Below, piece after piece: positions 1 through 10,657 of a stretch of 64,000 nucleotides of DNA. The DNA is taken from NCBI GenBank assembly GCA_963737905.1, contig CAVTUQ010000022.1:1-64000 (forward strand), in the 5' to 3' direction. The stretch's first letter is position 1; each line of letters starts with the position of its first letter. The DNA comes from an uncultured delta proteobacterium (GTDB lineage Bacteria > Desulfobacterota > Binatia > UBA9968). The notes under the pieces were generated by a model. That model made no database searches. It saw only the letters and a program-made list of their open reading frames with translations, and was not told the origin of the DNA. The translations under genes were made by a program, and so were the position numbers.

Positions 1-59
1 TGATGGAAATTCCAAGCAGAGCACGAGCAAGTTTCTGACCTCGGCCGCTTCCTCTGGGA

Positions 60-635
60 GTGTCGGGCTGTTGGAGAATCAAACATCACCCGCGATCGTT
101 CTGGGCAACGGTCCAAGCCGACATCAGCCGGTTTCGCGAGGAAGATGATTCATTGCGTGCGTTGATTCGTGGGCTATTATCGCAAGGGTTTCAGGCACTT
201 TTTGTCTATCGCGTCTTTCGCTGGTTTCATGAGCGGGGAATACCCACGCAACCCATACGTTTTTTCTGCGAGAGATTTATCGAGATGACGACAGGCATAT
301 CTATCCCGCCGAGGCGACGATCGGCAAAGGTCTACGCATTCACCATTTTGGGGGCATCATTTTCCATTCGGGTGTGATCCTGGGAGAACATTGCACGATT
401 TATCAAGGGGTGACTGTGGGGGACCGTGGTGGTCATAGGTGGTCATGGAGGCGCACCGCGCGTGGGTCATCGAGTGCTGATCGGTGCGGGAGCCAAACTG
501 ATAGGAAAAATCAAAGTCGGAGATGATTGTGTGATCGGTGCCAATGCCGTAGTTCACACATCTGTTCCGGCACGACATCTCGCCGTAGGAGTGCCTGCAA
601 CCATCAAGAAGCGTCGTACCGATGTACGTTACTAG
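60..635 (+). CDS. Serine O-acetyltransferase-like hexapeptide acetyltransferase (CysE/WcaB family), frameshifted
   Basis: Joined frames read TGISIP-AEATIGKGLRIHHFGGII...IYQGVTVG...PRVGHRVLIGAGAKLIGKIKVGDDCVIGANAVV, which are left-handed beta-helix repeats. Frameshifts lie near 308 and at a GGTGGTCAT duplication at 428-446. Confidence 0.85.
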
Positions 636-1812
636 ATCAGCCTCTGGCACATTGCCTACATTGGCTCTTTGAGAACATTTTCTTCCGAACTGCGGTGGCA
701 CTATTACCTGGTTGTATGAAACCTACAGGAGGTTTGATCCAGGGGAGGTTGTGGTGGTGGCGGGCGATAAAGGTAACACGGTGGATGTCGATCGAAAGCT
801 GCCGTTTAAAGTCGAGCGCCTCCGGATGCTGATGAATGACTGGGATCCCACACAGCCAGCGTCGCTGTGGCGCTATTTGCCATGTTCCGTCACGTAAGGA
901 AGAGTCAGCGGTTGCATCAGGCAGCACAAATTCATTGCATGAAAGTGCTTCCCGAAGGCGTGGTCGCGTGGGCTTTGTGGCAGCTCGCAGGAGTTCCGTA
1001 TTTACTCTGTGCCCATGGCGAAGAGATTCAAATGAAATTGACATCTCGGAAGCTTTCTTGGCTGATTCCTATCCTGTATCGGGCTGCGACTGCGATCATT
1101 GCGAACTCCTGTCACACCAAACAGTTGTTGGTAGATATCGGTGTTCGTTCGGAACGGATTCACGTGATCCATCCGGCGTAGATGTTGCCGCTTTCCATGC
1201 AGAGCGAAGGCGCGCTTGTCTATTCGTCAACGACACAATCTCGGCAACTCGGTTGTTTTACTCACCGTGGGACGTCTTCAACGACGCAAGGGGCAGGACA
1301 TGGTTATCCGTGCGCTGCCTCTTATAAACACCATAATGCCGAACGTATTTTACTTGATTGTCGGAAGCGGTGAAGAAGAGAAATACTTGCGCGATTTAGC
1401 GGCAACACTTGGTGTTGTGGAAAATGTCGTGTTTGTGGGTTCGATTGCGGACGACGAGCGCGCCGCCTACTATTCCGCTGTGCGACCTCTTCGTGATGCC
1501 CGACCGGCAGATCGATGCAGACATCGAAGGTTTCGGAATCGTGTTTTTGGAGGCGGGGGCGGCGGCAAAACCCGTAATCGGAGGACTGAGCGGTGGTACG
1601 GCGGAAGCGATCCAGGAGGGATTACTGGGTTACGCGTTGACGATGAAAACCCATCGGCGATAGCGACGGCGGTGATCGATCTCTTGGTCGATACAACCAA
1701 GGCCGAATCGATGGGCCGCGCGGGCAGACGACGCGTCAAAGAAGCCTTCACATGGGAAAAGATCGTTGAACGCACCCGCCACGTGGCGGCGGCAGTGGGA
1801 GGATTTACTTAA
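622..1812 (+). CDS. Glycosyltransferase family 4, split by several frameshifts
   Basis: Fragments 712-897, 867-1181 (AHGEE, NSCHT), 1216-1812 (LTVGRLQRRKGQD) and 1409-1663 (EGFGIVFLEA) form one GT-B protein. The start is approximate. Confidence 0.85.
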
Positions 1813-1818
1813 TTTAGC

Positions 1819-4455
1819 ATGAACGACCAACTTTCAGTTTCGTTGCTCATCGAAGAGCGGTCGGGCATACGAAGAGCCGCTGAGCCCATATCGGTCGGAA
1901 TACCATTCGAGCGCGGCGCGTTGATGCGACCAGAATCGCTCGTCTTATCGGATGCCAACGGTCAATGTCGAGCTCTTCAGAGCGTTGCGCTGGCCCATTG
2001 GTCCGACGAAAGCATAAAATGGTTGTTGCTTGATTTTCAGGCCGACGTCGAACCGAACGGTACGGCTGTCTACCGGATTTGTCTCGGTGAAACAACGTGT
2101 CCGGAAGATCACGGTGGAAATATCCTCGTCGCTGAAACCCTGGAACGTTTCGTGGTTAACACCGGCAGAGCGACTTTCTCGGTGAACCGGTGTCTATATA
2201 AGCCGTTCGATGCGGTGCAGGTAAATGGCACGGAGCTCTTGTCCGATGAAGGAACCTCGTTTGTACTGTCCGGCGAAGACGGCACGGCTTATGTTCCGTA
2301 CATCGACGATATCGTTCTTGAAACGAACGGCCCAGTGCGCGCAACGATTAATGCGCAAGGCAACGTGCAGTCTGCCGCCGGCAAGAGTCTAGCTCGATTT
2401 ATCGCGCGGTTGAGTTTTTACGCGGATAGCGGATTCGTTGAAATGCGGATCACCCTGCGCAATCCGCGGGCGGCGCGCCATCCTGGGGGATTATGGGATC
2501 TTGGCGACGAGGGTTCGATCTATTTTAAGGACCTGTCACTACACGTGCCGTTGAAAGGACAGAGTAGTCCGGAGATCTGTTGGACAACTCAGCTGTCGCA
2601 GGAAAGCACGACGCACCCTGGCGATTGCGTAGAGATTTACCAGGACTCGAGCGGTGGGGAGAACTGGCGCAGCGCGAATCATGTTAACCGTTTCGGCCAA
2701 GTGACTCACTCTTTTCGTGGTTACCGGGTTCTAGCAAAGGAAGTGTTGATTGAAGAAGGACTAAGAGCGACGCCAACTATCACAATGTATAGAGAGAGGG
2801 GCGGTGTTGCCGGTGCAATCGAGAAATTCTGGCAGACTTTTCCTAAAGCTATCGAGGTCAACAGAAACAAACTCACGCTACGATTATTTCCGTGCCAGTA
2901 CAATGACGTCTTCGAATTGCAAGGCGGGGAACAGAAGAGCCATACGCTTTACGTCGAATTTGCGGGGCCTGGCGAAAAGCGACCTGACCTAGAGTGGGTA
3001 CATGACCGGTTAATCCCCCAAGCTACACCCGAGTGGTATTCAAAATCCAAAGCCTGCAACTATCTAACTCCTCGCGCGCAGACTTATAACCTCCAATGTT
3101 TACAGTTGATTGATACGGCAATCGATGGTCCACAATCGTTTTTTGCCCGCCGGGAAATTATCGATGAATACGGCTGGCGCCATTTTGGAGATCTTTACGC
3201 GGACCACGAGGCCGTGGGTTATACTGATGACACGCCGCTGGTTGCCCACTATAACAATCAATACGACGTGATCTACGGTGCCATTGTCCAATATCTTCGT
3301 GGTGGCGACAAACGGTGGTTCGAACTTGCGTCCGACCTCGCCAGACATGTCATCGATATCGATATCTACCATACCCAAGAAGACCGTCCTGCATTCAACG
3401 GCGGCTTGTTCTGGCATACGGATCATTACCTTGACGCGGGAACAGCGACACATCGTGCCTACTCAAAGACAAGTCTGAAGACGAGAGACGCGCGCTTCTA
3501 TGGTGGAGGTCCAGCGAATGAGCACAACTATACCAGTGGATTGTTGCTTTATCATTATCTGACGGGGAGCGAAGCAGCACGTGAAGCCGTGCTTAGTCTC
3601 GCCGATTGGGTTATCAACATGGACGATGGTTCGCAGCGGGTTCTTGGATGGCTTGACCGAAGACCGACGGGTTTATGCAGCGCATCCGCTAGCCGTGAAT
3701 ACCACGGTCCGGGCCGTGGATCAGGGAATTCGCTCAATGCTCTAGTGGATGCATATCTTCTTACACACGAAGAGCGTTACTTAGCAAAGGCGGAAGAAAT
3801 TATCCGCCGATGTATTCATCCTAATGACGATTTTAACGCACGTTGTTTGGATAATATAGAGCATCACTGGTCATACCTCGTGTTCCTTCAAGCACTCGGC
3901 AAATATCTCGACTGCAAAGTTGATATAGCTGCGATCGATTATATGTACAGTTACGCTCGGACCAGCTTGGTTCATTATGCTGAGTGGATGCTAGATCACG
4001 AGGTTCCCTATGCCACGGTTCTACATAAAGTCGAAATTCCCACAGAAACTTGGCCGGCGCAGGATATTCGTAAGAGCATCGTCTTTCATCTGGCGGCGAG
4101 ATTTGCCGTTGGACCATCGCGCCAGAAATTTAGAGAAAGAGGTGCCTTTTTCTTTCAGGCCTGTGTGAATGATCTCCGGTCTTTTCCCACGTGTACGCTT
4201 ACACGGCCGATCGCTTTATTGTTGTCCAATGCCCATGTTCATTCCTATTTCGAGAACCATTTCGAAGATATGGTTTATCCTTCGCCCGAGTCGTACGATT
4301 TTGGCCGACCGCTGCAGTTTTCTCCTCAGTTTACGGAGTTGTATTGGGCTCGTGAAAGGCTTTTAGCCTTATTTCGCTCGGTAATCGATAAAGGACGTGC
4401 CATCAGATGGTTAGCTCGAAAAAGGCAGTCCTCCTGGGGGATCCACGGTGGCTAA
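1819..4455 (+). CDS. 878-aa protein resembling the PcRGLX/YetA (exo-rhamnogalacturonan lyase-like) family
   Basis: N-terminal EPISVGIPF...HWSDESIKWLLLDF; later YGWRHFGD, NNQYD and HVIDID motifs typical of the RIFT-barrel/beta-sandwich/alpha-toroid family; located in a polysaccharide cluster. Confidence 0.6.
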   Translation: MNDQLSVSLLIEERSGIRRAAEPISVGIPFERGALMRPESLVLSDANGQCRALQSVALAHWSDESIKWLLLDFQADVEPNGTAVYRICLGETTCPEDHGGNILVAETLERFVVNTGRATFSVNRCLYKPFDAVQVNGTELLSDEGTSFVLSGEDGTAYVPYIDDIVLETNGPVRATINAQGNVQSAAGKSLARFIARLSFYADSGFVEMRITLRNPRAARHPGGLWDLGDEGSIYFKDLSLHVPLKGQSSPEICWTTQLSQESTTHPGDCVEIYQDSSGGENWRSANHVNRFGQVTHSFRGYRVLAKEVLIEEGLRATPTITMYRERGGVAGAIEKFWQTFPKAIEVNRNKLTLRLFPCQYNDVFELQGGEQKSHTLYVEFAGPGEKRPDLEWVHDRLIPQATPEWYSKSKACNYLTPRAQTYNLQCLQLIDTAIDGPQSFFARREIIDEYGWRHFGDLYADHEAVGYTDDTPLVAHYNNQYDVIYGAIVQYLRGGDKRWFELASDLARHVIDIDIYHTQEDRPAFNGGLFWHTDHYLDAGTATHRAYSKTSLKTRDARFYGGGPANEHNYTSGLLLYHYLTGSEAAREAVLSLADWVINMDDGSQRVLGWLDRRPTGLCSASASREYHGPGRGSGNSLNALVDAYLLTHEERYLAKAEEIIRRCIHPNDDFNARCLDNIEHHWSYLVFLQALGKYLDCKVDIAAIDYMYSYARTSLVHYAEWMLDHEVPYATVLHKVEIPTETWPAQDIRKSIVFHLAARFAVGPSRQKFRERGAFFFQACVNDLRSFPTCTLTRPIALLLSNAHVHSYFENHFEDMVYPSPESYDFGRPLQFSPQFTELYWARERLLALFRSVIDKGRAIRWLARKRQSSWGIHGG

Positions 4456-5638
4456 GGTTCGACTGCTCGAGTTACGGAACACTTACAAGTGGGGAGGTGG
4501 TCCTGATAAGACCATTCTGCTCTCAGCCGAGCAACACGACCGCGAGAGGGTAGAGGTGGTCGTGGCCTATGTTCGAGACACGTCGGATTATGAGTTTCGC
4601 ATTGCTGAGAAAGCCCAGGCGAAACGGTTGACCTTCTACGAAATCGAAGAGCGGGCCAAGCTAGACTTGCGGGTAGTGCAAACTCTATCTGAGATCGTGT
4701 TGCGACATGATATTAATCTTATTCACGCTCACGACTACAAAAGCGACTTTTTTGCTTATTTACTTCGGTGGAAACTCCGGCAGCGGCGGCCCGCCGTAAT
4801 CTCGACCATGCACGGCTGGGCGTTACCAGGGCTGCGCGGCCGTATTTTCTGGCGATTGGATCTTTTGCTGATGCGCCGGTTCGACCACGTAATCGCTGTG
4901 TCACACGCGACGAAGGAAGAAATGGTCGTCGCCGGCGTGCCATCAGACCTCATTAGCGTTATTCATAATGGAATTGATACGGCAACCTGGTCACAGCGCC
5001 AGGTGAACCTTTCAATGCGACATGCTCTTGGCCTGAGCAACGCGTTTCCAATTATCGGCTATGTCGGACGAATATCTCCGGAAAAAGACATGAAAAATTG
5101 GTTGCGCGCCGCTGCGTTGATAACGCGGGAGTATCGAACTGCTCAGTTCGTTATAGTTGGTGAAGGCCGGGATGATAATCTATCGCATGAACTTAAGAGC
5201 CTCGCGGACGCGTTAGGTATCGGAAGCCAAGTTCATTTTCTCGGTTACCGCGAAGATCTTCTTTCGATTTATGCCACATTTGATCTGTTCTTCCTAAGTT
5301 CACGCCGGGAAGGAATCTGTAATAGCCTCTTGGAAGCGATGGCGATGGGAATTCCTACTGTGGCGACAGACGTCGGAGGCACGAAAGAACTAATTGCGGA
5401 CGGGCAGACCGGATACCTGCTCTCAGCAGGGGATGTCGAAGGTATGGCGCGGGTTCTACTCGCGCTTGTCCGTGATGAGTTTTTGCGCAAGACCGTCGGT
5501 AGCGCTGGTCGGAAGCACATAGAGGACAAGTTCTCTTTCGTATCCCGTTTGAAGTGTATTGAAACCCTATACGAGCGGATTATTGATCAACCGATGGACG
5601 CGGGCCAACGCCGCCATCTCGTATTGCCGACCGGGTAG
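4448..5638 (+). CDS. Glycosyltransferase family 4
   Basis: HAHDYKS, IHNGID, VGRISPEK and EGICNSLLEAMAMG (EX7E) motifs. Confidence 0.92.
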   Translation: MAKVRLLELRNTYKWGGGPDKTILLSAEQHDRERVEVVVAYVRDTSDYEFRIAEKAQAKRLTFYEIEERAKLDLRVVQTLSEIVLRHDINLIHAHDYKSDFFAYLLRWKLRQRRPAVISTMHGWALPGLRGRIFWRLDLLLMRRFDHVIAVSHATKEEMVVAGVPSDLISVIHNGIDTATWSQRQVNLSMRHALGLSNAFPIIGYVGRISPEKDMKNWLRAAALITREYRTAQFVIVGEGRDDNLSHELKSLADALGIGSQVHFLGYREDLLSIYATFDLFFLSSRREGICNSLLEAMAMGIPTVATDVGGTKELIADGQTGYLLSAGDVEGMARVLLALVRDEFLRKTVGSAGRKHIEDKFSFVSRLKCIETLYERIIDQPMDAGQRRHLVLPTG

Positions 5639-5645
5639 CAGATTT

Positions 5646-7580
5646 ATGTGTGGAATTGCCGGAAAAATCTATTTTGACCGAGAACGATTCGTCACCGCCG
5701 AAGAGGTTCGGGCGATGGGTAGTGCTATGAGCCATCGAGGGCCGGACGGGGAAGGAACCTGGGTAGAGGGGAACGTCGGCTTGACTCATCGCCGACTAGC
5801 GATTATCGACCTCAGCACGGCGGCAGGCCAGCCCATGTGCAACGAAGATGGATCGCTGTGGATTACCTTCAATGGCGAGATCTACAACTTTCACGAGTTG
5901 CGGCGAGAGCTCGAAAAACAAGGACACGTCTTTCGGACTCACAGTGATACTGAAGTGATCGTTCACGCTTACGAGGAATTTGGGCGCCATTGTCTGGAGC
6001 GACTGCGGGGTATGTTCGCTTTTGCGATCTGGGACGGCCGCACCCGTACGCTTTTTCTCGCACGCGACCGGGTCGGGAAAAAACCGCTTTTTTACTTCTA
6101 CGCTGCTGACCGTTTCCTCTTCGCTTCGGAAATAAAGGCCCTCTTCGCGGACGATACTGTTCTGCGTCAACCTGATCGAGTCGCGATCGATCATTTTCTT
6201 AGTCTCGGCTATGTCCCCGGACCTCGTTCCGCTTTTCTCGGCATCCGCAAATTGCCGCCCGCGCATTGGCTGGAGATTCGAGACGGCAAAATGGAATTCG
6301 GTCGTTATTGGAAACTCCGCTACACGCCGAAACGAAGGATCTCCATGAAGGATGCCGTTGCCGAGCTGCAGTGGCGTCTCGCGGAAGCGGTGCGGTTACG
6401 ATTAGTCAGCGACGTGCCGCTGGGAGCGTTTTTGAGCGGCGGCGTGGACTCAAGCGCAGTGGTCATTCATATGGCGGAGGCGATGGATCGTCCTGTCCGC
6501 ACTTTTTCGGTGGGTTTCGGGGACATCCGGTTCGACGAACGCGTTTATGCACGCCAGGTAGCCGAACGCTACGGTACGGACCATACCGAGCTCGTCGTCG
6601 AAGCGCCGGTAACGGATATTTTGTCCCGTCTAGTATGGCATTACGACGAGCCTTTTGGCGATTCGTCGGCCGTGCCAAGCTATGCAATCGCGGAGTTGAC
6701 ACGTCAACACGTGACGGTCGTGCTTAATGGCGATGGCGCGGATGAGACCTTTGCCGGCTATGACTGGTACAAGATGGACTGCTGGATCCAGCACGGAGAA
6801 TTTCTGCCATTAAGGCTGCGCGAGTGGTTCGCAGGCCTTATGCAGCGTTTTCCTGCAAACGAGAGCAAAAGCGGACCGCGCTGGAAACTAACTCGACTCG
6901 CTGAGGTACTGGCCTTGCCGCCATCTCGTCGATACGCTCAATGGACGGAGCATTTCGGGCCTAAAGCGCGTGAGCGGCTGTATTCTTCAGCGTTCAAAGA
7001 AAGTGTCAAAGAGAGTGATCCCGATAGCTTGTTTGCGTCTGCGTTTGCGCAATGCGACGCTAAAGATTGGCTGGATACAGTGCTTGAGGCTGATGTGAAT
7101 TTGTATTTAGCAGATGACCTGTTGGTTAAGATGGACCGCGCTACGATGGCTCACTCTTTAGAAGCGCGGTCCCCTTTTCTTGACCATGTAGTTATGGAAC
7201 TTGCTGCGAGTCTTCCAGTCTCGTTCAAGCAAGCGTGGGGACAGAAAAAACGGATCTTAAAATCCTCCCTTCGCGGACGCATCCCGGATACGCTGCTCGA
7301 TCGACCGAAGATGGGTTTCAGCGTTCCAATCGCCAAATGGTTTCGCACTGATTTGCGGGAAATGGCACATGACGTTCTGTTATCTCCACGCGCATCCGAA
7401 AGAGGCTATTTTGACGGAACGGAGATTGCCAGGCTCTTGTATGATCACTCCGTCAACAAAGTAGATCACGGACCGAGTCTGTGGAATCTCTTGATGCTTG
7501 AATTGTGGCATCGAGAGTTCATTGACCAGCCAGAGCCGTTTAACGCAAAGGATCCTGTGCGGCATCGGGTAATGGCATAA
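5646..7580 (+). CDS. asnB: Asparagine synthase (glutamine-hydrolysing)-type amidotransferase, polysaccharide-associated
   Basis: MCGIAG start at 5646 (Ntn Cys), HRGPD, HRRLAIID, FNGEIYN, LSGGVDSS, KMDRATMAHSLEARSPFLD. Confidence 0.93.
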   Translation: MCGIAGKIYFDRERFVTAEEVRAMGSAMSHRGPDGEGTWVEGNVGLTHRRLAIIDLSTAAGQPMCNEDGSLWITFNGEIYNFHELRRELEKQGHVFRTHSDTEVIVHAYEEFGRHCLERLRGMFAFAIWDGRTRTLFLARDRVGKKPLFYFYAADRFLFASEIKALFADDTVLRQPDRVAIDHFLSLGYVPGPRSAFLGIRKLPPAHWLEIRDGKMEFGRYWKLRYTPKRRISMKDAVAELQWRLAEAVRLRLVSDVPLGAFLSGGVDSSAVVIHMAEAMDRPVRTFSVGFGDIRFDERVYARQVAERYGTDHTELVVEAPVTDILSRLVWHYDEPFGDSSAVPSYAIAELTRQHVTVVLNGDGADETFAGYDWYKMDCWIQHGEFLPLRLREWFAGLMQRFPANESKSGPRWKLTRLAEVLALPPSRRYAQWTEHFGPKARERLYSSAFKESVKESDPDSLFASAFAQCDAKDWLDTVLEADVNLYLADDLLVKMDRATMAHSLEARSPFLDHVVMELAASLPVSFKQAWGQKKRILKSSLRGRIPDTLLDRPKMGFSVPIAKWFRTDLREMAHDVLLSPRASERGYFDGTEIARLLYDHSVNKVDHGPSLWNLLMLELWHREFIDQPEPFNAKDPVRHRVMA

Positions 7581-7602
7581 TCGTACCTCGTTAACTCCTC
7601 TT

Positions 7603-8610
7603 TTGAACCTCATGCTGAATCCCCTCCCGGCAGGGTCTTGCTCTATCGATGCTTCAGAGCGAGGCAAACTCATCGTCGTGATCGATACAGAGGAGGACTT
7701 CAATTGGTCGCTCGGTTTCTCCCGGCAGAATACTTCGGTCAGGTCAATCCGGTCTCTTGAGAAGATTCAACTTCTCTTCGACGAATTCCGAATCCTGCCC
7801 GTCTACGTAGTGGATTATCCTGTCGCTTTTCAGTCGAACGGCTATCTCCCTCTAAAGGAGCTTCATGCCTCCGGTCGTTGCCTCATTGGCGCTCATTTGC
7901 ATCCTTGGGTCAATCCGCCTTTCGAGGAGGAAGTGAGTCGGCGTAACAGCTTTCCCGGCAATTTGTCGCGTTCTTTGGAAGCAGCAAAGCTACGAATCCT
8001 AGGAGATCTCATTGGTGAGAGGTTTGGCTCTCGACCTGTGATTTACAAAGCGGGACGTTATGGGGTTGGGGCCAATACCGTCGATATTCTCGAAGAGCAA
8101 GGCTACGCAGTGGACCTAAGTGTCTGTCCCTATATGGATTATTCTTCTGAGGGCGGCCCGGATTTTACGAAATACCCTGCCGTGCCGTATTGGTTCGGGA
8201 AAAACAATCATTTGCTAGAAATACCGTTGACGGTCGGCTTTGTTGGTTGGCTGCGTTTTTGGGAAGACTTGTATAGCCTTGCACGCAGTTTTCCATTCAA
8301 TCGAATCCATTTGGGCGGTGTCCTGGCGCGTGCCGGATTGCTCAACAGGATATGGCTTTCTCCCGAGGGCTACACTCTGGCAGAAAACATCGCCCTTTTG
8401 CACGCCCTCTACCGAGACGGATTACGGATTTTCTCTTTTGCTTTTCATAGCCCATCAGTACAGCCCGGAAATACGCCCTATGTAACATCGCAAAACGATC
8501 TGGAACGATTTCTCTCGCAGTGTCGGGGTTTCTTTGATTACTTTATGGGACAAATTGGCGGTGTGGCTACCACGCCACTCGAGCTAAAAAGGCATCTAAG
8601 CAAGGTGTGA
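7603..8610 (+). CDS. Polysaccharide deacetylase-like protein (WalW-like)
   Basis: IDTEEDF, GAHLHPWVNPP, YKAGRYG and FHSPS motifs. Confidence 0.8.
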   Translation: MNLMLNPLPAGSCSIDASERGKLIVVIDTEEDFNWSLGFSRQNTSVRSIRSLEKIQLLFDEFRILPVYVVDYPVAFQSNGYLPLKELHASGRCLIGAHLHPWVNPPFEEEVSRRNSFPGNLSRSLEAAKLRILGDLIGERFGSRPVIYKAGRYGVGANTVDILEEQGYAVDLSVCPYMDYSSEGGPDFTKYPAVPYWFGKNNHLLEIPLTVGFVGWLRFWEDLYSLARSFPFNRIHLGGVLARAGLLNRIWLSPEGYTLAENIALLHALYRDGLRIFSFAFHSPSVQPGNTPYVTSQNDLERFLSQCRGFFDYFMGQIGGVATTPLELKRHLSKV

Positions 8611-8632
8611 ATACTCACCGATAGGAGAACAA

Positions 8633-10492
8633 ATGATTGTCGCCGGTATCTCGCCATTAGATAAAGACTCGACTGTGTCCATTGTTGTTGACGGCAAAGT
8701 CGTCTTCGCCGCGGGAGAAGAACGCTTTACGCGCAACAAATTGCAAGACGGATTCCCTACCGAAGCCTTGCAGGCGGGTCTGAAGCACACGGGAATTCGG
8801 CTGCAAGACATCGGTGTCGTCGCTTACCCTTTCTTCGATTGGCCACGCGAGACCGAGTTGTTCAACAAAAATATTCAAGATGAAAGGAGGTTTCTTGATG
8901 ATGCGCTGCGGGGAAATACGTGTGGGCAGATCGAGGCGGCACTTGCTAAAGTCCCTTCGCGCGACCAGCTGATTCCTGGACTGGATTTTCCTAATGAAAA
9001 AATGGAAAAGCCGTTTATCCACAAAATGTTCTACCGGCTTACCGGAGTGGAAAGTGTAGTCTCTCGCAATATCGCCCGGCGAGGTTCGGACGCCTGGAGC
9101 CATGAGGCGATGAAGTATCACAAGGTCTGGCAGGACGATTTGGAAGAAAATCTCGCAGAACTTGGACTCCGGGACAAACTTAAACGCTTTGATCATCATA
9201 TTGCCCACTCCGCGGCGGCGTATTTCGCAAGCGGCCTCGAGCGAGCATTGATCGTGACACTTGACGGCTATGGCTCAGGCTTGGCTGGGTCTGTGTGCGT
9301 AGGAGAAGGCGCTCGTTTCCGCCGAATTCACGAATTGGAGTACCCGCATTCACTAGGAACATTTTACGAGAGCGTAACGTCGTCTCTGGGGTTCAAGCCG
9401 TCTCGGCATGAGGGGAAGATCGTGGGCCTAGCGGCATATGGTGATCCGGAGATTTTACTTGGCACCATTTTGAGCCGTTTTGACCAGGAACCCGGGAACT
9501 TTCGTATCCGTGAGAGCAACAATATCTATTTCTCGCGGTATCTGGCCACGTTATTTCCTAAAATTGACGTCGCAGCTGCTTACCAGCGAGCGTTGGAAAT
9601 CGTCGCCACTAATTACATCCGGCATTACGTGCAACAAACAGGAATAGACGCCGTTGTTTTCGCGGGAGGCGTGGCGGCAAATGTCAAATTAAATCAGCGG
9701 ATTTTCGAGATCCCCGAGGTTAAGCGCATCTTTGTTTACCCGAACATGGGAGACGGGGGGTGCGGCACCGGAGCGGCTTTTCTTGCGAGTCGCGAGCAAA
9801 TGGAAAATCGAGAGGGGTACCAAACCGTCTATTTTGGCCCCGATTATACGCAAGATTCCATCGTGCGGGAGTTGCAAACAGCGGGCTTAGCTTTTGAACA
9901 AATCACGCCCATAGAGCCAGTGATTGCCAAGCTCATTCACCAGGGCAACGTCGTGGCGCGATTTAACGGTCGCATGGAATACGGCCCGCGAGCGTTAGGC
10001 AATCGATCCATCTTATATCGTGCCACGGAGCCGGAAGTAAACCAGTGGCTTAACCAGCGGCTCGGCCGTACTGAATTCATGCCCTTTGCCCCTGTGACGC
10101 TTTTTGGGGAGCGTTACCGCTGCTACGAAAATATCGATGGCGCGGAGTCTGCCGCGCAGTTCATGACGATTACTCTTGACTGCACGGATTACATGATGCG
10201 GACCTCTCCGGCCGCGGTTCATGTCGATGGTACCGCGCGGCCGCAATTGATCCGAGAGGAGACCAATCCCAGTTATCATCGAATTTTGCGCGAGTACTAT
10301 CAGTTGAGCGGAATTCCATCCTTGATTAATACTAGCTTTAACATGCATGAAGAACCGATAGTGAACTCCCCGCAAGACGCGATCCGGGCGTTTCTTCAGG
10401 GGAACCTTGACTATTTGGCCATTGGTGATTTTCTCGTCAGACACCCTACATTGAAGTCTGCCAACAAATGCGCCGAGCTTGACAGCCGGTGA
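8633..10492 (+). CDS. O-carbamoyltransferase (NodU/CmcH family)
   Basis: EERFTRNK, DHHIAH, HEGKIVGLAAYG, GGVAANVKLN, EYGPRALGNRSI, HVDGTARPQ, NTSFN. Confidence 0.93.
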   Translation: MIVAGISPLDKDSTVSIVVDGKVVFAAGEERFTRNKLQDGFPTEALQAGLKHTGIRLQDIGVVAYPFFDWPRETELFNKNIQDERRFLDDALRGNTCGQIEAALAKVPSRDQLIPGLDFPNEKMEKPFIHKMFYRLTGVESVVSRNIARRGSDAWSHEAMKYHKVWQDDLEENLAELGLRDKLKRFDHHIAHSAAAYFASGLERALIVTLDGYGSGLAGSVCVGEGARFRRIHELEYPHSLGTFYESVTSSLGFKPSRHEGKIVGLAAYGDPEILLGTILSRFDQEPGNFRIRESNNIYFSRYLATLFPKIDVAAAYQRALEIVATNYIRHYVQQTGIDAVVFAGGVAANVKLNQRIFEIPEVKRIFVYPNMGDGGCGTGAAFLASREQMENREGYQTVYFGPDYTQDSIVRELQTAGLAFEQITPIEPVIAKLIHQGNVVARFNGRMEYGPRALGNRSILYRATEPEVNQWLNQRLGRTEFMPFAPVTLFGERYRCYENIDGAESAAQFMTITLDCTDYMMRTSPAAVHVDGTARPQLIREETNPSYHRILREYYQLSGIPSLINTSFNMHEEPIVNSPQDAIRAFLQGNLDYLAIGDFLVRHPTLKSANKCAELDSR

Positions 10493-10657
10493 AGAAATCG
10501 GCCGTAAATCTCCCTCGGTTAAAAGGGGAAAGTCGTTAGCCTCGGTAAACTGTTGACCTCAAAACGTTCGCTTACTGACATTGGCTTGAACGATGCCGTC
10601 GCCTTCTATGCAGTCATTGGATAACAAAAAGAATCTGTTTCGCGGCGCTTCTATGAA

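Noticed and set aside
428-446. GGTGGTCAT duplication as a phase-variation switch
   Set aside because: Only two copies, in a region with other indels; a consensus error is more likely.
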